DNA from: Wigglesworthia glossinidia endosymbiont of Glossina brevipalpis
GTDB taxonomy: Bacteria; Pseudomonadota; Gammaproteobacteria; Enterobacterales; Enterobacteriaceae
Length of the DNA: 32,000 bases
Direction of reading: 5' to 3'
NCBI GenBank assembly: GCA_000008885.1
Contig: BA000021.3
Coordinates: 540,001-572,000, forward strand
Shown one piece after another: positions 22,262 through 32,000 of this stretch. The number at the start of each line of letters is the position of its first letter. Position 1 is the stretch's first letter. The translations under genes were made by a program, and so were the position numbers. The notes below the pieces were generated by a model. It was not told the origin of the DNA. It made no database searches and was given only the letters and a program-made list of their open reading frames with translations.

Positions 22262-22334
22262 ATATAATATTTTTAAACAATATTTGCTTGTAAAGTATAT
22301 AATAATAAAAAATTATTTATATATAATAATATGC

Positions 22335-23420
22335 TTATCCATAACGTTTTTCAAAATATTTCATAAAATTTGCTAATTTTTTTGCTCCTTTTATAGTCAT
22401 AGAATTATACATTGAAGCCCTTATTCCTCCAACAGCTCTATGTCCTTTCAAAAATAATAAACCGTTAATTTTAGATAATTTCAAAAAAAGATTATTTAAT
22501 TTTTTATTTGGAAGATAAAATATAATATTCATATATGAACGATATTCATCATATATATTGTTTTTGTAAAATTTACTTTTATCTATTATATCATATATTA
22601 ATTTAGATTTAATTTTATTGATATTGTTAATCTTTTTTACTCCTCCTTGATCTATTAGCCATTTTAATACTAATCCAGAAACATACCAATTAAAAGTAGG
22701 AGGTGTATTAAACAAAGAATTATTTTTATAAATTATTTCGTAATTCAAAATAGAAGGTGTAAATTTATTTTGTTTTAAAAAAATATTTTTTTTAAAAATC
22801 ATTATAGTCATTCCAGAAACACCAATATTCTTTTGAGAACTAGCATAAATAATATCAAATTTATTTACATCAATAGGCCTAGACAATATAGTAGAAGAAA
22901 AATCAGCTACAACAATTTTATTTTTAAATTTTGGAGTTTCATAAATAGCAGTTCCATTTATAGTTTCATTAGGGCAGTAATGCAAGTAAACGCTGTTTTT
23001 AGATATATTCCAGTTCTTCATAGGTAAAATTGACAATTTGTCTTTTTTTTCAATTACATCAATTATATTAACCGAACAATATTTTTTTGCCTCTATTGCG
23101 GCATACATACCCCAATATCCTGTATTTATATAATCTGCTAAATCAGAAAAATTATTGGTAAGATTCATGGGTATACCAGAAAATTGGGCACGCGCACCTC
23201 CTTGAAGCAATATTATATTATAATCGTTAGAAACTGATAATAAAAATTTTATATCGTTTTTAATATTTTCAATAACTTTTAGAAAGTTTTTGTTACGATG
23301 ACTAATTTCCATTACAGAAACATTAGTATTTTTCCAATTAAATAAATCGCGCTTTATTTTTTTTAATACTATTTTTGGCAACATTGATGGACCAGAACCA
23401 AAATTAAATATATCTTTCAT
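22335..23420 (-). CDS. serC: Phosphoserine / phosphohydroxythreonine aminotransferase
   Basis: 361 aa; FNFGSGPSMLP, QGGARAQFSGIPMNL, PLP-lysine region DIIYASSQKNIGVSGMTI, GHRAVGGIRASMYNSM. Confidence 0.95.
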   Translation of the reverse strand: MKDIFNFGSGPSMLPKIVLKKIKRDLFNWKNTNVSVMEISHRNKNFLKVIENIKNDIKFLLSVSNDYNIILLQGGARAQFSGIPMNLTNNFSDLADYINTGYWGMYAAIEAKKYCSVNIIDVIEKKDKLSILPMKNWNISKNSVYLHYCPNETINGTAIYETPKFKNKIVVADFSSTILSRPIDVNKFDIIYASSQKNIGVSGMTIMIFKKNIFLKQNKFTPSILNYEIIYKNNSLFNTPPTFNWYVSGLVLKWLIDQGGVKKINNINKIKSKLIYDIIDKSKFYKNNIYDEYRSYMNIIFYLPNKKLNNLFLKLSKINGLLFLKGHRAVGGIRASMYNSMTIKGAKKLANFMKYFEKRYG

Positions 23421-23663
23421 ATTTGATATTTTTAATTATTTTGAAACATAAATGAAATAATATTTTATTGTTTAATTTGTTAATTAAAAACTTTTATTAA
23501 ATTTTAATATATATATGCAAAAATTTTTTTAAACATATATTATTATGATAAATATTTTATAATAATTATATAAAAAATAATTTTTAAAACAAATTTTTAT
23601 TTTAATAAATTAAAAATTTTTATAAAAATTAATAATATATAATAAATAACAGGGGAAATTATT

Positions 23664-24263
23664 ATGTTAGTCGCCAATAAATTTATTGATTTCACTGCTC
23701 CTGCCATACTCTCAAACGGAGAAATAGTACAAAATTTTAATTTATCAAATTACATAAAAAATAAAGTTTCCGTTTTATTTTTTTGGCCGATGAATTTTAC
23801 TTTTGTATGTCCATCGGAATTAATTGCTTTTGATAAACGTTTTTTTGAATTTAAAAATAGAAATGTTAAATTAGTGGGAGTGTCTTTAGACACTGTTTAT
23901 TCTCACCAAGCTTGGAGATCTACTAGTACTAAATTAGGAGGTATAGGAGAAGTAAGATATCCAATGGTATCTGATATTAAAAGAAATATTATGAAATCAT
24001 ATAATGTTGAACATCCAGAAATTGGAGTAGCTTTAAGAGCTTCTTTTTTAATAGATAAAGCTGGAATAGTTAGACATCAAATAATTAATGATTTACCTAT
24101 AGGAAGAGACATCAATGAAATGATAAGGGTTATTGATGCTTTGTTATTTCATGAAAAACATGGAGAGGTATGCCCTGCTCAATGGAAAAAAAATAGAGAA
24201 GGAATAGTTCCTTCTAGGGAAGGGATATCTCAATATTTGTCTGAAAACTTAAATGATTTATAA
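23664..24263 (+). CDS. 2-Cys peroxiredoxin (AhpC/TSA family, Buchnera/Yersinia-type rather than classical E. coli AhpC)
   Basis: 199 aa; FTFVCPSELIAFDKRFFEF peroxidatic Cys and HGEVCPAQWKK resolving Cys. Confidence 0.93.
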   Translation: MLVANKFIDFTAPAILSNGEIVQNFNLSNYIKNKVSVLFFWPMNFTFVCPSELIAFDKRFFEFKNRNVKLVGVSLDTVYSHQAWRSTSTKLGGIGEVRYPMVSDIKRNIMKSYNVEHPEIGVALRASFLIDKAGIVRHQIINDLPIGRDINEMIRVIDALLFHEKHGEVCPAQWKKNREGIVPSREGISQYLSENLNDL

Positions 24264-24278
24264 TAAAATTATATTACT

Positions 24279-24295
24279 GGGGCTTTATAAGCCCC
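24279..24295. terminator. Hairpin terminator candidate between convergent peroxiredoxin and brnQ
   Basis: GGGGCTT-TAT-AAGCCCC, 7 bp GC-rich stem in AT-rich DNA, followed by taaattaattttta; only intergenic spacer of a convergent gene pair. Confidence 0.7.
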
Positions 24296-24306
24296 TAAAT
24301 TAATTT

Positions 24307-25626
24307 TTAAAAATTTTTATTTTTATATTTTTTTATAATTTTTAAAATATATCCAATTAATAATATTGTAAAAGTTGGTAAAACCCATCTCATGTTAAAA
24401 TCTGAAAAAGGCAATATATTGATAAATATAGGTATATATTTAGAGTAATAAGTTAAGTTAATTGAATCTAAAAACCCTATAAAAAAACTTATTAATACAG
24501 CTAAAATTGCTAAAAAATTAATTTTATTATTGTCTAATATTAAATTAGATATTATTAGCGTAATACAAGGAGGATAAATAATAGATAATACTGGAAGAGC
24601 AATAAACAATAATTGATTTAAGTTAAAATTAGAAATTAAGCTAGAAATTATGCTAATAAAAATAACTAAATAAATATTTTTTATATTAAAATATTGTTTT
24701 AAAAATTCTGCACAAGAACAAGTCAAACTTACTGCTGTTGAAAAACATGTTATAAAAATAGCAATTGAAAAGAATATATGCCCAAAATCTCCAAACATAT
24801 ATTTAATATATTTATTGAGTAAAATTAATCCATCTTCATGGTCAGGAAAAATAAATTTACTAATTATTCCAACTTTAAATAAAAGTATATATATTATAGA
24901 CAAAATAAAAGAAACAATTGTTCCAGTAATTATAATATATTTAGTAATTAGTTTTTTATCTTTTACTCCGCATAAATTAATAGATTTAACAATCATTAAT
25001 CCAAATACCATAGATCCAAGTATATCCATAGTCAAATACCCATGTAACAAACCATAAAAAAATTGATAAAAATTTGAAAAAATTTTTTCTGGATATATGC
25101 TTGAAATATATTTATCTGAAATAAATATAGAAGAAACGCATAAAATAATTAAAATTGTAATTTTAATAGGATTTAAAATTAAACCAATTATTTTTAATAA
25201 ATATTTTGGATTATAAGAAACAACAGATACAAAAAGAAAATAAAAAAAGTTATAAAAAATGTTTAAAGCAACTCCATTTCCAAAGAATGGAGCAAATACT
25301 ATTTCAAAAGATGCTATAGAAGTTCTAGGTATTGCAAATAAAGGACCTACCATAATGTGGCATAATGCAAATAAAATAAAACTTAATTTTTTACCAATTA
25401 TTTGACCTAGTATATTTTTTTTGACTTTTTTATCTTTTGATAAAGAAAATATAACTAGCATCGGAAAAATAACCGAAGTTATTAAAAATCCTATAATTGA
25501 TAAAAAAACATTGTTTGATTTTATAGAAACTATAATAGGAATTACTATATTGCTTATTCCTAAAAAAAATCCTAAAAGTAAAAAGCTTATTGATATAATA
25601 TTTTTATAACTTATTCTTTTAAACAT
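24307..25626 (-). CDS. brnQ: Branched-chain amino acid transporter (LIVCS family)
   Basis: 439 aa multi-TM protein; LGFFLGISNIVIP..., VGPLFAIPRTSIASFEIVFAPFF, YGLLHGYLTMDILGSMVFG motifs. Confidence 0.88.
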   Translation of the reverse strand: MFKRISYKNIISISFLLLGFFLGISNIVIPIIVSIKSNNVFLSIIGFLITSVIFPMLVIFSLSKDKKVKKNILGQIIGKKLSFILFALCHIMVGPLFAIPRTSIASFEIVFAPFFGNGVALNIFYNFFYFLFVSVVSYNPKYLLKIIGLILNPIKITILIILCVSSIFISDKYISSIYPEKIFSNFYQFFYGLLHGYLTMDILGSMVFGLMIVKSINLCGVKDKKLITKYIIITGTIVSFILSIIYILLFKVGIISKFIFPDHEDGLILLNKYIKYMFGDFGHIFFSIAIFITCFSTAVSLTCSCAEFLKQYFNIKNIYLVIFISIISSLISNFNLNQLLFIALPVLSIIYPPCITLIISNLILDNNKINFLAILAVLISFFIGFLDSINLTYYSKYIPIFINILPFSDFNMRWVLPTFTILLIGYILKIIKKYKNKNF

Positions 25627-25683
25627 TTTTTACAAAAAATATAATTTTTATTATATTTAATATATAATATTTTTTTAAAAATA

Positions 25684-26973
25684 TTACTTAATTAATTTTA
25701 ATCCATCCATATAAGGTTGTAATATTTTGGGAACTTTAATATTACCTTCTTTAGTTTGATAATTTTCTATTATAGAAGCTAGAGTTCTGCTTATAGCTAA
25801 AGCAGATCCATTTAATATATGAGTTAAATGTATTTCTTTATTTGAAATTTTTCTATAACGAATTTTAGTTCTTCTAGATTGAAAATCACTTGTATTAGAA
25901 CAAGAAGATACTTCTATGTATTTATTTCTAGAAGGCATCCAAACTTCTAAATCATATGTTTTACAAGAAGAAAATCCAGTATCACCAGAACATAATAATA
26001 TTTTTCTATATGGTAAATCTAACAGCTGAAGTACACGTTCTGCATGATGAGTGATTTCTTCTAAAGCTTTTATAGAATTTTCTGGAGATACTATTTGTAC
26101 AATTTCTACTTTATCAAACTGATGCATACGTATCAAACCTTTAGTATCTTTTCCATAGGATCCTGCTTCTGATCTAAAACAAGGAGTATGAGAAGTCATT
26201 TTTATAGGCAAATAATTTTCATCAATAATTTCATTTCTCATTAAATTTGTTAGAGGAACTTCTGCTGTAGGTATTAGTGCATAACAACTTTGTATGTCCT
26301 CAAAAAATGATTTTGCATAAAAAAAATCATTATAAAATTTAGGTAGCTGACCAGTACCATATAGCATGTTTTTATTTACCAAATATGGTACATAATATTC
26401 TTCATATCCATGTTGATTTGTATGTAAATTTAGCATAAATTGGGACAAAGCTCGATGCATGTATGATATTTTATTTTTCATAACCACAAACCTACTACCA
26501 GATATTTTTGCGGATCTTGAAAAATCTAGATATTTAATTTTTTCTCCTATTTCTACGTGGCTTTTTATTTTAAAATTGTATATTTTTGGAGATCCCCATT
26601 TTTTCACTTCAATATTATTTTTTTGATCTTTTCCTATTGGAACTTTTTCGTCTAGAATATTTGGAATTGTAGATAAATAATTGTCAATTTCTTTTTTTAT
26701 TTTTTTTAATTTTTGTTTTTTTTCATTTAATAAAATATTAATTTTATTAGATTTATTTTTATAAATATCAATATTTTTATTATTAATTTTTATTTTACTT
26801 ATTATTTTAGATTGTAAATTGCGTTTATTTTGTAATTTTTCTACTTCTATTTGTAATATTTTTCTTTTTTGATCTTGAAGCAATATTTTTTTTTTATCTA
26901 AATAAAAATTTCTCAAAATCAATTTTTTACAAACTTCTTCTATATTTTTTATTATTAGTTTATGATCTATCAT
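25684..26973 (-). CDS. serS: Seryl-tRNA synthetase
   Basis: 429 aa; coiled-coil N-terminus, class II motifs (MTSHTPCFRSEAGSYGKDTKGLIRMHQFDKVEIV; EVSSCSNTSDFQSRRTKIRYR; LNGSALAISRTLASIIENYQ). Confidence 0.97.
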   Translation of the reverse strand: MIDHKLIIKNIEEVCKKLILRNFYLDKKKILLQDQKRKILQIEVEKLQNKRNLQSKIISKIKINNKNIDIYKNKSNKINILLNEKKQKLKKIKKEIDNYLSTIPNILDEKVPIGKDQKNNIEVKKWGSPKIYNFKIKSHVEIGEKIKYLDFSRSAKISGSRFVVMKNKISYMHRALSQFMLNLHTNQHGYEEYYVPYLVNKNMLYGTGQLPKFYNDFFYAKSFFEDIQSCYALIPTAEVPLTNLMRNEIIDENYLPIKMTSHTPCFRSEAGSYGKDTKGLIRMHQFDKVEIVQIVSPENSIKALEEITHHAERVLQLLDLPYRKILLCSGDTGFSSCKTYDLEVWMPSRNKYIEVSSCSNTSDFQSRRTKIRYRKISNKEIHLTHILNGSALAISRTLASIIENYQTKEGNIKVPKILQPYMDGLKLIK

Positions 26974-27054
26974 TTTTTTAAAAAAATTAAAATATTTTTG
27001 TAATTTTAATATATTTAAATATAATTTAAAGTTTAAAAAACTATTTTTTTAGTT

Positions 27055-27675
27055 CTATCTTTGGTCATCTATATATGCTCCTTTAGGTATTTTAAAGTTA
27101 AAATTAAAATCTGAAGATATAATAGTTTTTTTTATATTGAAAGTATAATAGGTTTTATAATTTGTATTACTTAATATAATTAAGTTTTTCAAAATTCCTT
27201 TTTTATCAATTATAATTGTAATTTTTCTAAAACTAGAATTTAGTTTTTTTGAATAAATATAAAATGTATCATTTATATTTTTTATATTGAAATTTTCCCA
27301 ACTATTTTTATTGTTTTTAATTATTAAATATAATGGAGAATCAGATATAATATTTTTAATCCAATTTATGGTAACTTGATTAGTTTCAGAATCATACAAC
27401 CATAAAGTATTTCCATCAGATGATGCAATATTTTCATATGGAGAAAATAAAATTGATTTAAATAAATTTGGTTTTTTTATCCAAATTTCTCCTTTGCTTT
27501 CTTGAACAATATCACCAGAAGAACTTGTTACTTTTTGTCTGACAGTAGAATAAAAACTATTAATTAAATTTAATCTTTCAGACAAAATACCAGAACTATC
27601 CGAAATGCTTGAAAAAGCATATAAGTACAGGCTAAACAAAATAAATTTAGGTAATTTTTTTATTAAATAAAACAT
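27055..27675 (-). CDS. lolA: Outer-membrane lipoprotein carrier protein
   Basis: 206 aa; signal peptide; GDIVQESKGEIWIKKPNLFKSILFSPYENIASSDGNTLWLYDSETNQVTINW. Confidence 0.92.
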   Translation of the reverse strand: MFYLIKKLPKFILFSLYLYAFSSISDSSGILSERLNLINSFYSTVRQKVTSSSGDIVQESKGEIWIKKPNLFKSILFSPYENIASSDGNTLWLYDSETNQVTINWIKNIISDSPLYLIIKNNKNSWENFNIKNINDTFYIYSKKLNSSFRKITIIIDKKGILKNLIILSNTNYKTYYTFNIKKTIISSDFNFNFKIPKGAYIDDQR

Positions 27676-27752
27676 TATATTTGAATTTTAATTAAATTTT
27701 AAAAAAATTATTTATATTATAAATAATAACATACATTATATATTTTTTATAA

Positions 27753-28247
27753 TTAAAAAAATGTTAACAAAAAAGATATTAATATACAAATAAAAACTAA
27801 AAAATAAAAAATATATAATTTATTATTTATTAATTGATACATAACATTATTTAATATATTTCCAATAATACCACCAAAATATATTCCACTGTAATTATCA
27901 TCAAACAAGAAAGATAAAAAACAACAACAAAATAAAATTAATAAAAACATATGAATTATTTTATATGATAATTTTATTAAGTTAATTTTTTTTTTTGTAT
28001 AAAAACAACAATCTAAAAAAAAAGATAAAAAAAATAAAGGAATAAAATAAGTCATTTTCCCAATCATAATAAACAATGTTCCTGATATATATGCTCCGTA
28101 CTTACCTCCAAAATTAAATATATAGTCGTTAGATGATGTTTTTAATAAATTTGGATCATCTTCATTAAAAGATATAATAGAAATTAATAAATACAAAGTT
28201 ATTATGAAAACAAGAAATACTTTTTTTTTATTATATTCATTTAACAT
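27753..28247 (-). CDS. ftsK: FtsK N-terminal membrane domain only; linker and motor domains absent
   Basis: 164 aa; ISIISFNEDDPNLL resembles the enteric FtsK LLSFNPSDPSW; FGGKYGAYISGTLF; SGIYFGGIIGNIL resembles ASGGVIGSLL; four TM helices; located between lolA and trxB as in enterics. Stops right after TM4, with only about 77 nt to the lolA start. Confidence 0.85.
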   Translation of the reverse strand: MLNEYNKKKVFLVFIITLYLLISIISFNEDDPNLLKTSSNDYIFNFGGKYGAYISGTLFIMIGKMTYFIPLFFLSFFLDCCFYTKKKINLIKLSYKIIHMFLLILFCCCFLSFLFDDNYSGIYFGGIIGNILNNVMYQLINNKLYIFYFLVFICILISFLLTFF

Positions 28248-28537
28248 GATATGAATTCTTTAATAAAAGAAATAAATAATAAGTTTTATATAAAATATAA
28301 ATTTATAAAATTTTTTATTTATTTTAATAAATAAAATAATAAAAAAATGTATAATAAATCAAATTTTTATAAAAAAATTTATTTTACAATTTTTAAGTTT
28401 AATATTTAAAATATTCTATAAATATTAATTTTTGTTAACATATAATAATTATATTTCAATTTTATGATAATATAAGTTCTGTTTTAATAAATATTAAATA
28501 ATCGAGATATATATAAATTAAATATTTTGAAAAATAA

Positions 28538-29482
28538 ATGAAAATTAAATCTAAATTACTAATTTTAGGATCTGGACCAGCAGGTTTTACATCTGCAATA
28601 TATTCTTCTAGAGCTGGAATTAATCCAATTTTAATTACAGGTTCTCAATTAGGAGGTCAGTTAACAACAACTGACAAAATTGAAAATTGGCCTGGAGATT
28701 CAAAATCTTTGACAGGATCTGAATTAATTAAAAGAATGCGTGACCATGCAATAAAATTTGGAACAAAAATTTTTTACGATCATATAAATGAAGTAAATTT
28801 TAACAAAAAACCTTTTATTTGCAAAGGAGAAAAAGAATACATATCGGATGCAATCATTATTGCCACTGGATCTTCAGCTAGATATTTGGGTTTATCTTCT
28901 GAACAATTGTATAAAGGAAAAGGTGTATCAACTTGCGCTGTATGTGACGGTTTTTTTTATAAAAATAAAATTGTTGCTGTAATAGGAGGAGGTAACACAG
29001 CTTTAGAAGAAGCATTATACTTATCTAATATAGCATCTAAGGTGTATTTAATACATCGCAGAGATATTTTTACAGCAGAAAAAATATTAGTAGATAGAAT
29101 TTTTAAAAAAAGAAATAATGGAAATATTTCTATATATAATAATTTTGTAGTAAAAAAAATAATTGGAAATGATAAACAGGTAAGTTCTATTTTATTGGAA
29201 TCAACTACAAGCAAAAAAGAAAAAATTATATCAGTCTCTGGAATATTTATAGCAATAGGTCACATTCCAAATACAAAAATATTTGAAAATCAAATTACGC
29301 TTAAAAATTATTATATATGCATATCTAATAAATATAACAAAAAATATCGTACTTCCACATCAATACCAGGAATATTTTCTGCTGGAGACGTTTCAGATTA
29401 TTTATATCGTCAAGCAATTACAGCTTCTGGATTTGGATGCATGGCTGCTTTAGACGCAGAAAAATATCTTTCTTCATTATAA
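28538..29482 (+). CDS. trxB: Thioredoxin reductase
   Basis: 314 aa; LLILGSGPAGFTSAIYSSRA, GKGVSTCAVCDGFFYKNKIVAVIGGGNTALEEALYLS, PGIFSAGDVSDYLYRQAITASGFGCMAALDAEKYL. Confidence 0.96.
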   Translation: MKIKSKLLILGSGPAGFTSAIYSSRAGINPILITGSQLGGQLTTTDKIENWPGDSKSLTGSELIKRMRDHAIKFGTKIFYDHINEVNFNKKPFICKGEKEYISDAIIIATGSSARYLGLSSEQLYKGKGVSTCAVCDGFFYKNKIVAVIGGGNTALEEALYLSNIASKVYLIHRRDIFTAEKILVDRIFKKRNNGNISIYNNFVVKKIIGNDKQVSSILLESTTSKKEKIISVSGIFIAIGHIPNTKIFENQITLKNYYICISNKYNKKYRTSTSIPGIFSAGDVSDYLYRQAITASGFGCMAALDAEKYLSSL

Positions 29483-29559
29483 AATAATTTTAATTTTTAT
29501 AAATTTTAAATAATAAAAATATAGGTCTAAATTTAAATTAAACATATTATGGTGATTAT

Positions 29560-30849
29560 ATGTTTTATAAAAAACATAAAAATATATGTAATATATGTAA
29601 TAATAATTACAAAAAATCAAATTTAATATGGATATTAAGCTTATATGGTACAGCAATAGGGGCTGGAGTTTTGTTTCTTCCAATTAATATTGGAATTAAT
29701 GGCTTATTTTCTTTATTGATTATTATGATAATCGCTTTTCCAATGGCATTTTTTTCTCATAGAGGATTAACAAGGTTTGTATTGTCTAGCAAAAAACCAA
29801 ATAAAAATTTATTTAATGTTATACATGAAAACTTTAATAAACAAACATCTTTTATATTTATTTTATTTTATTTTTTTTCTATTTATCCAATACTATTAAT
29901 TTATAGTACTGCTATAACCAATACAGTAATGTCTTTTATTATTCATCAATTAAATATTGCGGAACAATCACGTGTTTTTGTGTCTTTTATACTTATTTCT
30001 GTTTTAATGGGAATTATTATTTTAGGAGAAAAAGTAATAATTAAGTTCATGAGTTTTTTAGTAATTCCATTTATACTTTCTTTAATTTTTTTTTCTTTTT
30101 ATATAATTCAATTTTGGAATTATTCATTATTTTATGAAATAAAAAATATTTTTAATTTAGATATAAATAGTTTATTAAAAATTATTTGGTATATTATACC
30201 TGTAACTGTATTTTCATTTAATCATTCTCCTATAATATCTTCTTTTGCAGTTTTCAAAAAAAGAGAATGTAGTAATTGTTGCGAAAAAACATGCTCTAAA
30301 ATACTATTTTATAGTAATTTATTAATGATTTTTACAGTAATTTTCTTTGTATTTAGTTGCATACTTAGTGTTCCTAGAGAAGCTATGCAAGAAGCAAAAG
30401 ATAAAAATTTATCTGTATTATCTTATTTTTCAATATATTTTGAAGATAATTTAATGAATTTTTTAGGCCCTATCATAGCTATTATTGCTATAATAAAATC
30501 TTTTTTTGGTCATTATTTAGGAGCTAAAGAAAGCATCAATAAAATATTAATGACGACTTTTCCTAAATTAAAAAATAAAAAAAGAACATATTTAACAAAT
30601 TTTACAACTAACTCTTTAATATTTACTAGTTCTTGGATTATTGCAATATTTAATCCTAGTATTTTAAATATAATAGAAGCAATAATTGGACCTATTATTT
30701 CTATAATTTTATTTTTAATTCCTGCATATTCAATATATAAAGTTCCTAATATGAAACGTTATAAAAAAGAAAAATTTACTAATTTATTTTTATTTGTTAT
30801 TGGAATTTTTTCATTTTTAGCTATGATGCATAAATTGATTATATTTTAA
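29560..30849 (+). CDS. sdaC: Serine/aromatic amino acid permease family transporter, SdaC-like
   Basis: 429 aa; LYGTAIGAGVLFLPINIG, AFPMAFFSHRGLTRFVLS, PVTVFSFNHSPIISSFAVFKK, IIAIIKSFFGHYLGAKE; highly SdaC-like throughout. Confidence 0.85.
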   Translation: MFYKKHKNICNICNNNYKKSNLIWILSLYGTAIGAGVLFLPINIGINGLFSLLIIMIIAFPMAFFSHRGLTRFVLSSKKPNKNLFNVIHENFNKQTSFIFILFYFFSIYPILLIYSTAITNTVMSFIIHQLNIAEQSRVFVSFILISVLMGIIILGEKVIIKFMSFLVIPFILSLIFFSFYIIQFWNYSLFYEIKNIFNLDINSLLKIIWYIIPVTVFSFNHSPIISSFAVFKKRECSNCCEKTCSKILFYSNLLMIFTVIFFVFSCILSVPREAMQEAKDKNLSVLSYFSIYFEDNLMNFLGPIIAIIAIIKSFFGHYLGAKESINKILMTTFPKLKNKKRTYLTNFTTNSLIFTSSWIIAIFNPSILNIIEAIIGPIISIILFLIPAYSIYKVPNMKRYKKEKFTNLFLFVIGIFSFLAMMHKLIIF

Positions 30850-30865
30850 TAAATTTAATAAAAAA

Positions 30866-32000
30866 TTATAAAAAAAAAGGATTAGGTTCAAATAAAAGTT
30901 CTATGTCTTTTATAAATTTTTTATCAGTTAAAAAAATAATAAAATGATCGTTTTGTTGAACTGGGTTATAATTTTTTTCAGAAATAATTTCTGAATTTCT
31001 AATAATTGCGCCTATAATTGTTCCAGGAGGGAATTTAATTTCATATAGTGATTTTCCAATAACTTGAGAAGTACTTTCGTCACCTCTTGTTACAGCTTCT
31101 ACTACTTCTGCTAAACCATGTCTAATAGAAAAAATATTTACTATACTTTTATTTTTTAAGTATTTAAAAAAATCAGAAATTGTTGACTCCTGAGGGGATA
31201 TTGAAATATCAATGATACTTTTTTGCATCAAATCAGCATAAGCTCTTCTTTGTATCAAAACTAATACTTTTTTAGCTCCCATTTTTTTAGCTAACATTGC
31301 AGACATGATGTTAACTTCATCATCATTAGTAATAGAAATAAAAACTTCTACTTGTTCTATATTTTCTTGCATTAAAAGTTCTTCGTTGGAAGCATCTCCA
31401 TAAAATACCGTAGTATTTTTTAATTTTTTTGCTAGTTCTGATGCACGTTTTTGATCTATTTCTATTAACTTAACTTGATAATTTTTATCAAGTTTATCAG
31501 CTAACATAGCCCCTATATTTCCACCTCCAACTATCATAATTCTTTTGTATGGTTTTTCATATTTTTGTAATTCATTGACTATTAATTTTATATTTTGAGA
31601 TATAGTTATGAAAAATATTTCATCTCCTGTTTGCAGCTCTGTGGAAAGCTCTGGGAGAATAAATTTTTTATTTCTATAAACTGCTGCTATTTTCATTCCA
31701 GATTCTATTACTGAATCCGGAAACATAGAAATTATATTTTCTATTAATTTTATTTCTGGATCATCTAATTTAATAGCTAATAAATTAATATTTTTATTAG
31801 AAAAAATAGTAATTTGTAAAGCTCCTGGATATTCAATTAAATTACAAATATTATTTGCTATTGTCATTTCTGGAGAAATTACATGATCAATTGGTATTGA
31901 AGCTGGGCTGAATAACTTGCAAGATTCTTGTATATAATCAGAAGATCTAATTCTAGCAATACGATTTGGAGTTTTGAATAATGTATAAGCAATATGACAT
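30866..32000 (-). CDS. trkA: Trk system potassium uptake protein TrkA, N-terminus beyond window edge
   Basis: Frame remains open to the window end (CHIAYTLFKTPNRIARIRSSDYIQESCKLFSPASIPIDHVISPE-MTIANN...); second RCK domain IMIVGGGNIGAMLADKLDKNYQVKLIE. The tracked Met at 31867 is internal. Confidence 0.95.
   Translation of the reverse strand, partial: CHIAYTLFKTPNRIARIRSSDYIQESCKLFSPASIPIDHVISPEMTIANNICNLIEYPGALQITIFSNKNINLLAIKLDDPEIKLIENIISMFPDSVIESGMKIAAVYRNKKFILPELSTELQTGDEIFFITISQNIKLIVNELQKYEKPYKRIMIVGGGNIGAMLADKLDKNYQVKLIEIDQKRASELAKKLKNTTVFYGDASNEELLMQENIEQVEVFISITNDDEVNIMSAMLAKKMGAKKVLVLIQRRAYADLMQKSIIDISISPQESTISDFFKYLKNKSIVNIFSIRHGLAEVVEAVTRGDESTSQVIGKSLYEIKFPPGTIIGAIIRNSEIISEKNYNPVQQNDHFIIFLTDKKFIKDIELLFEPNPFFL

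Noticed and set aside
22003-22293. 96 aa + strand ORF overlapping the cmk 5' end
   Set aside because: It is the reverse complement of the real Cmk P-loop coding region, not a gene.
22833-25609. ORFs at 22833..23027, 24815..25057 and 25421..25609
   Set aside because: All antisense to serC or brnQ with no recognisable domain.
28248-28537. ftsK-trxB spacer considered as an lrp remnant (lrp lies here in E. coli)
   Set aside because: No recognisable Lrp codons in any frame by eye; lrp appears fully lost.
28957-29683. Minus-strand ORFs at 28957..29214 and 29477..29683
   Set aside because: Antisense to trxB / sdaC start; low complexity.

Overview
This 32 kb window is a very AT-rich, gene-dense chromosomal segment. 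It looks like a strongly reduced gammaproteobacterial (Enterobacterales-like) intracellular symbiont. Every sizeable CDS can be assigned to a core or metabolic family: thiL(partial)-pgpA, a ToxR/CadC-like membrane regulator, tRNA-Ile(CAU), rpoD-dnaG-rpsU, tsaD-folB-uppP, ubiF, obgE-rpmA-rplU, ispB, fbp-ppa-tamB-tamA, rpsA-cmk-serC, a 2-Cys peroxiredoxin, brnQ, serS-lolA-ftsK(N-terminal only), trxB, sdaC, trkA(partial). Several blocks keep E. coli-like order with intervening genes deleted. I see no phage, transposon, CRISPR, toxin or secondary-metabolite locus, and no convincing new multi-gene system. The most interesting signals are: (1) tamB and cmk are each out of frame at an 11-nt poly(A) tract, and in both one extra A (or a -1 shift) restores the full protein; this points to rescue by transcriptional slippage or frameshifting. 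(2) ObgE has lost its P-loop lysine and its G3 glycine. (3) FtsK is reduced to exactly its N-terminal four-helix membrane domain. (4) A tRNA-Ile2 gene has no encoded CCA, and cca is absent from its expected place next to uppP. (5) A ToxR-like membrane regulator is retained. (6) A strong hairpin lies inside the tamB stop-proximal codons. (7) serC is retained without aroA, and amino-acid transporters sit alongside fbp, suggesting a B-vitamin and amino-acid-fuelled lifestyle.
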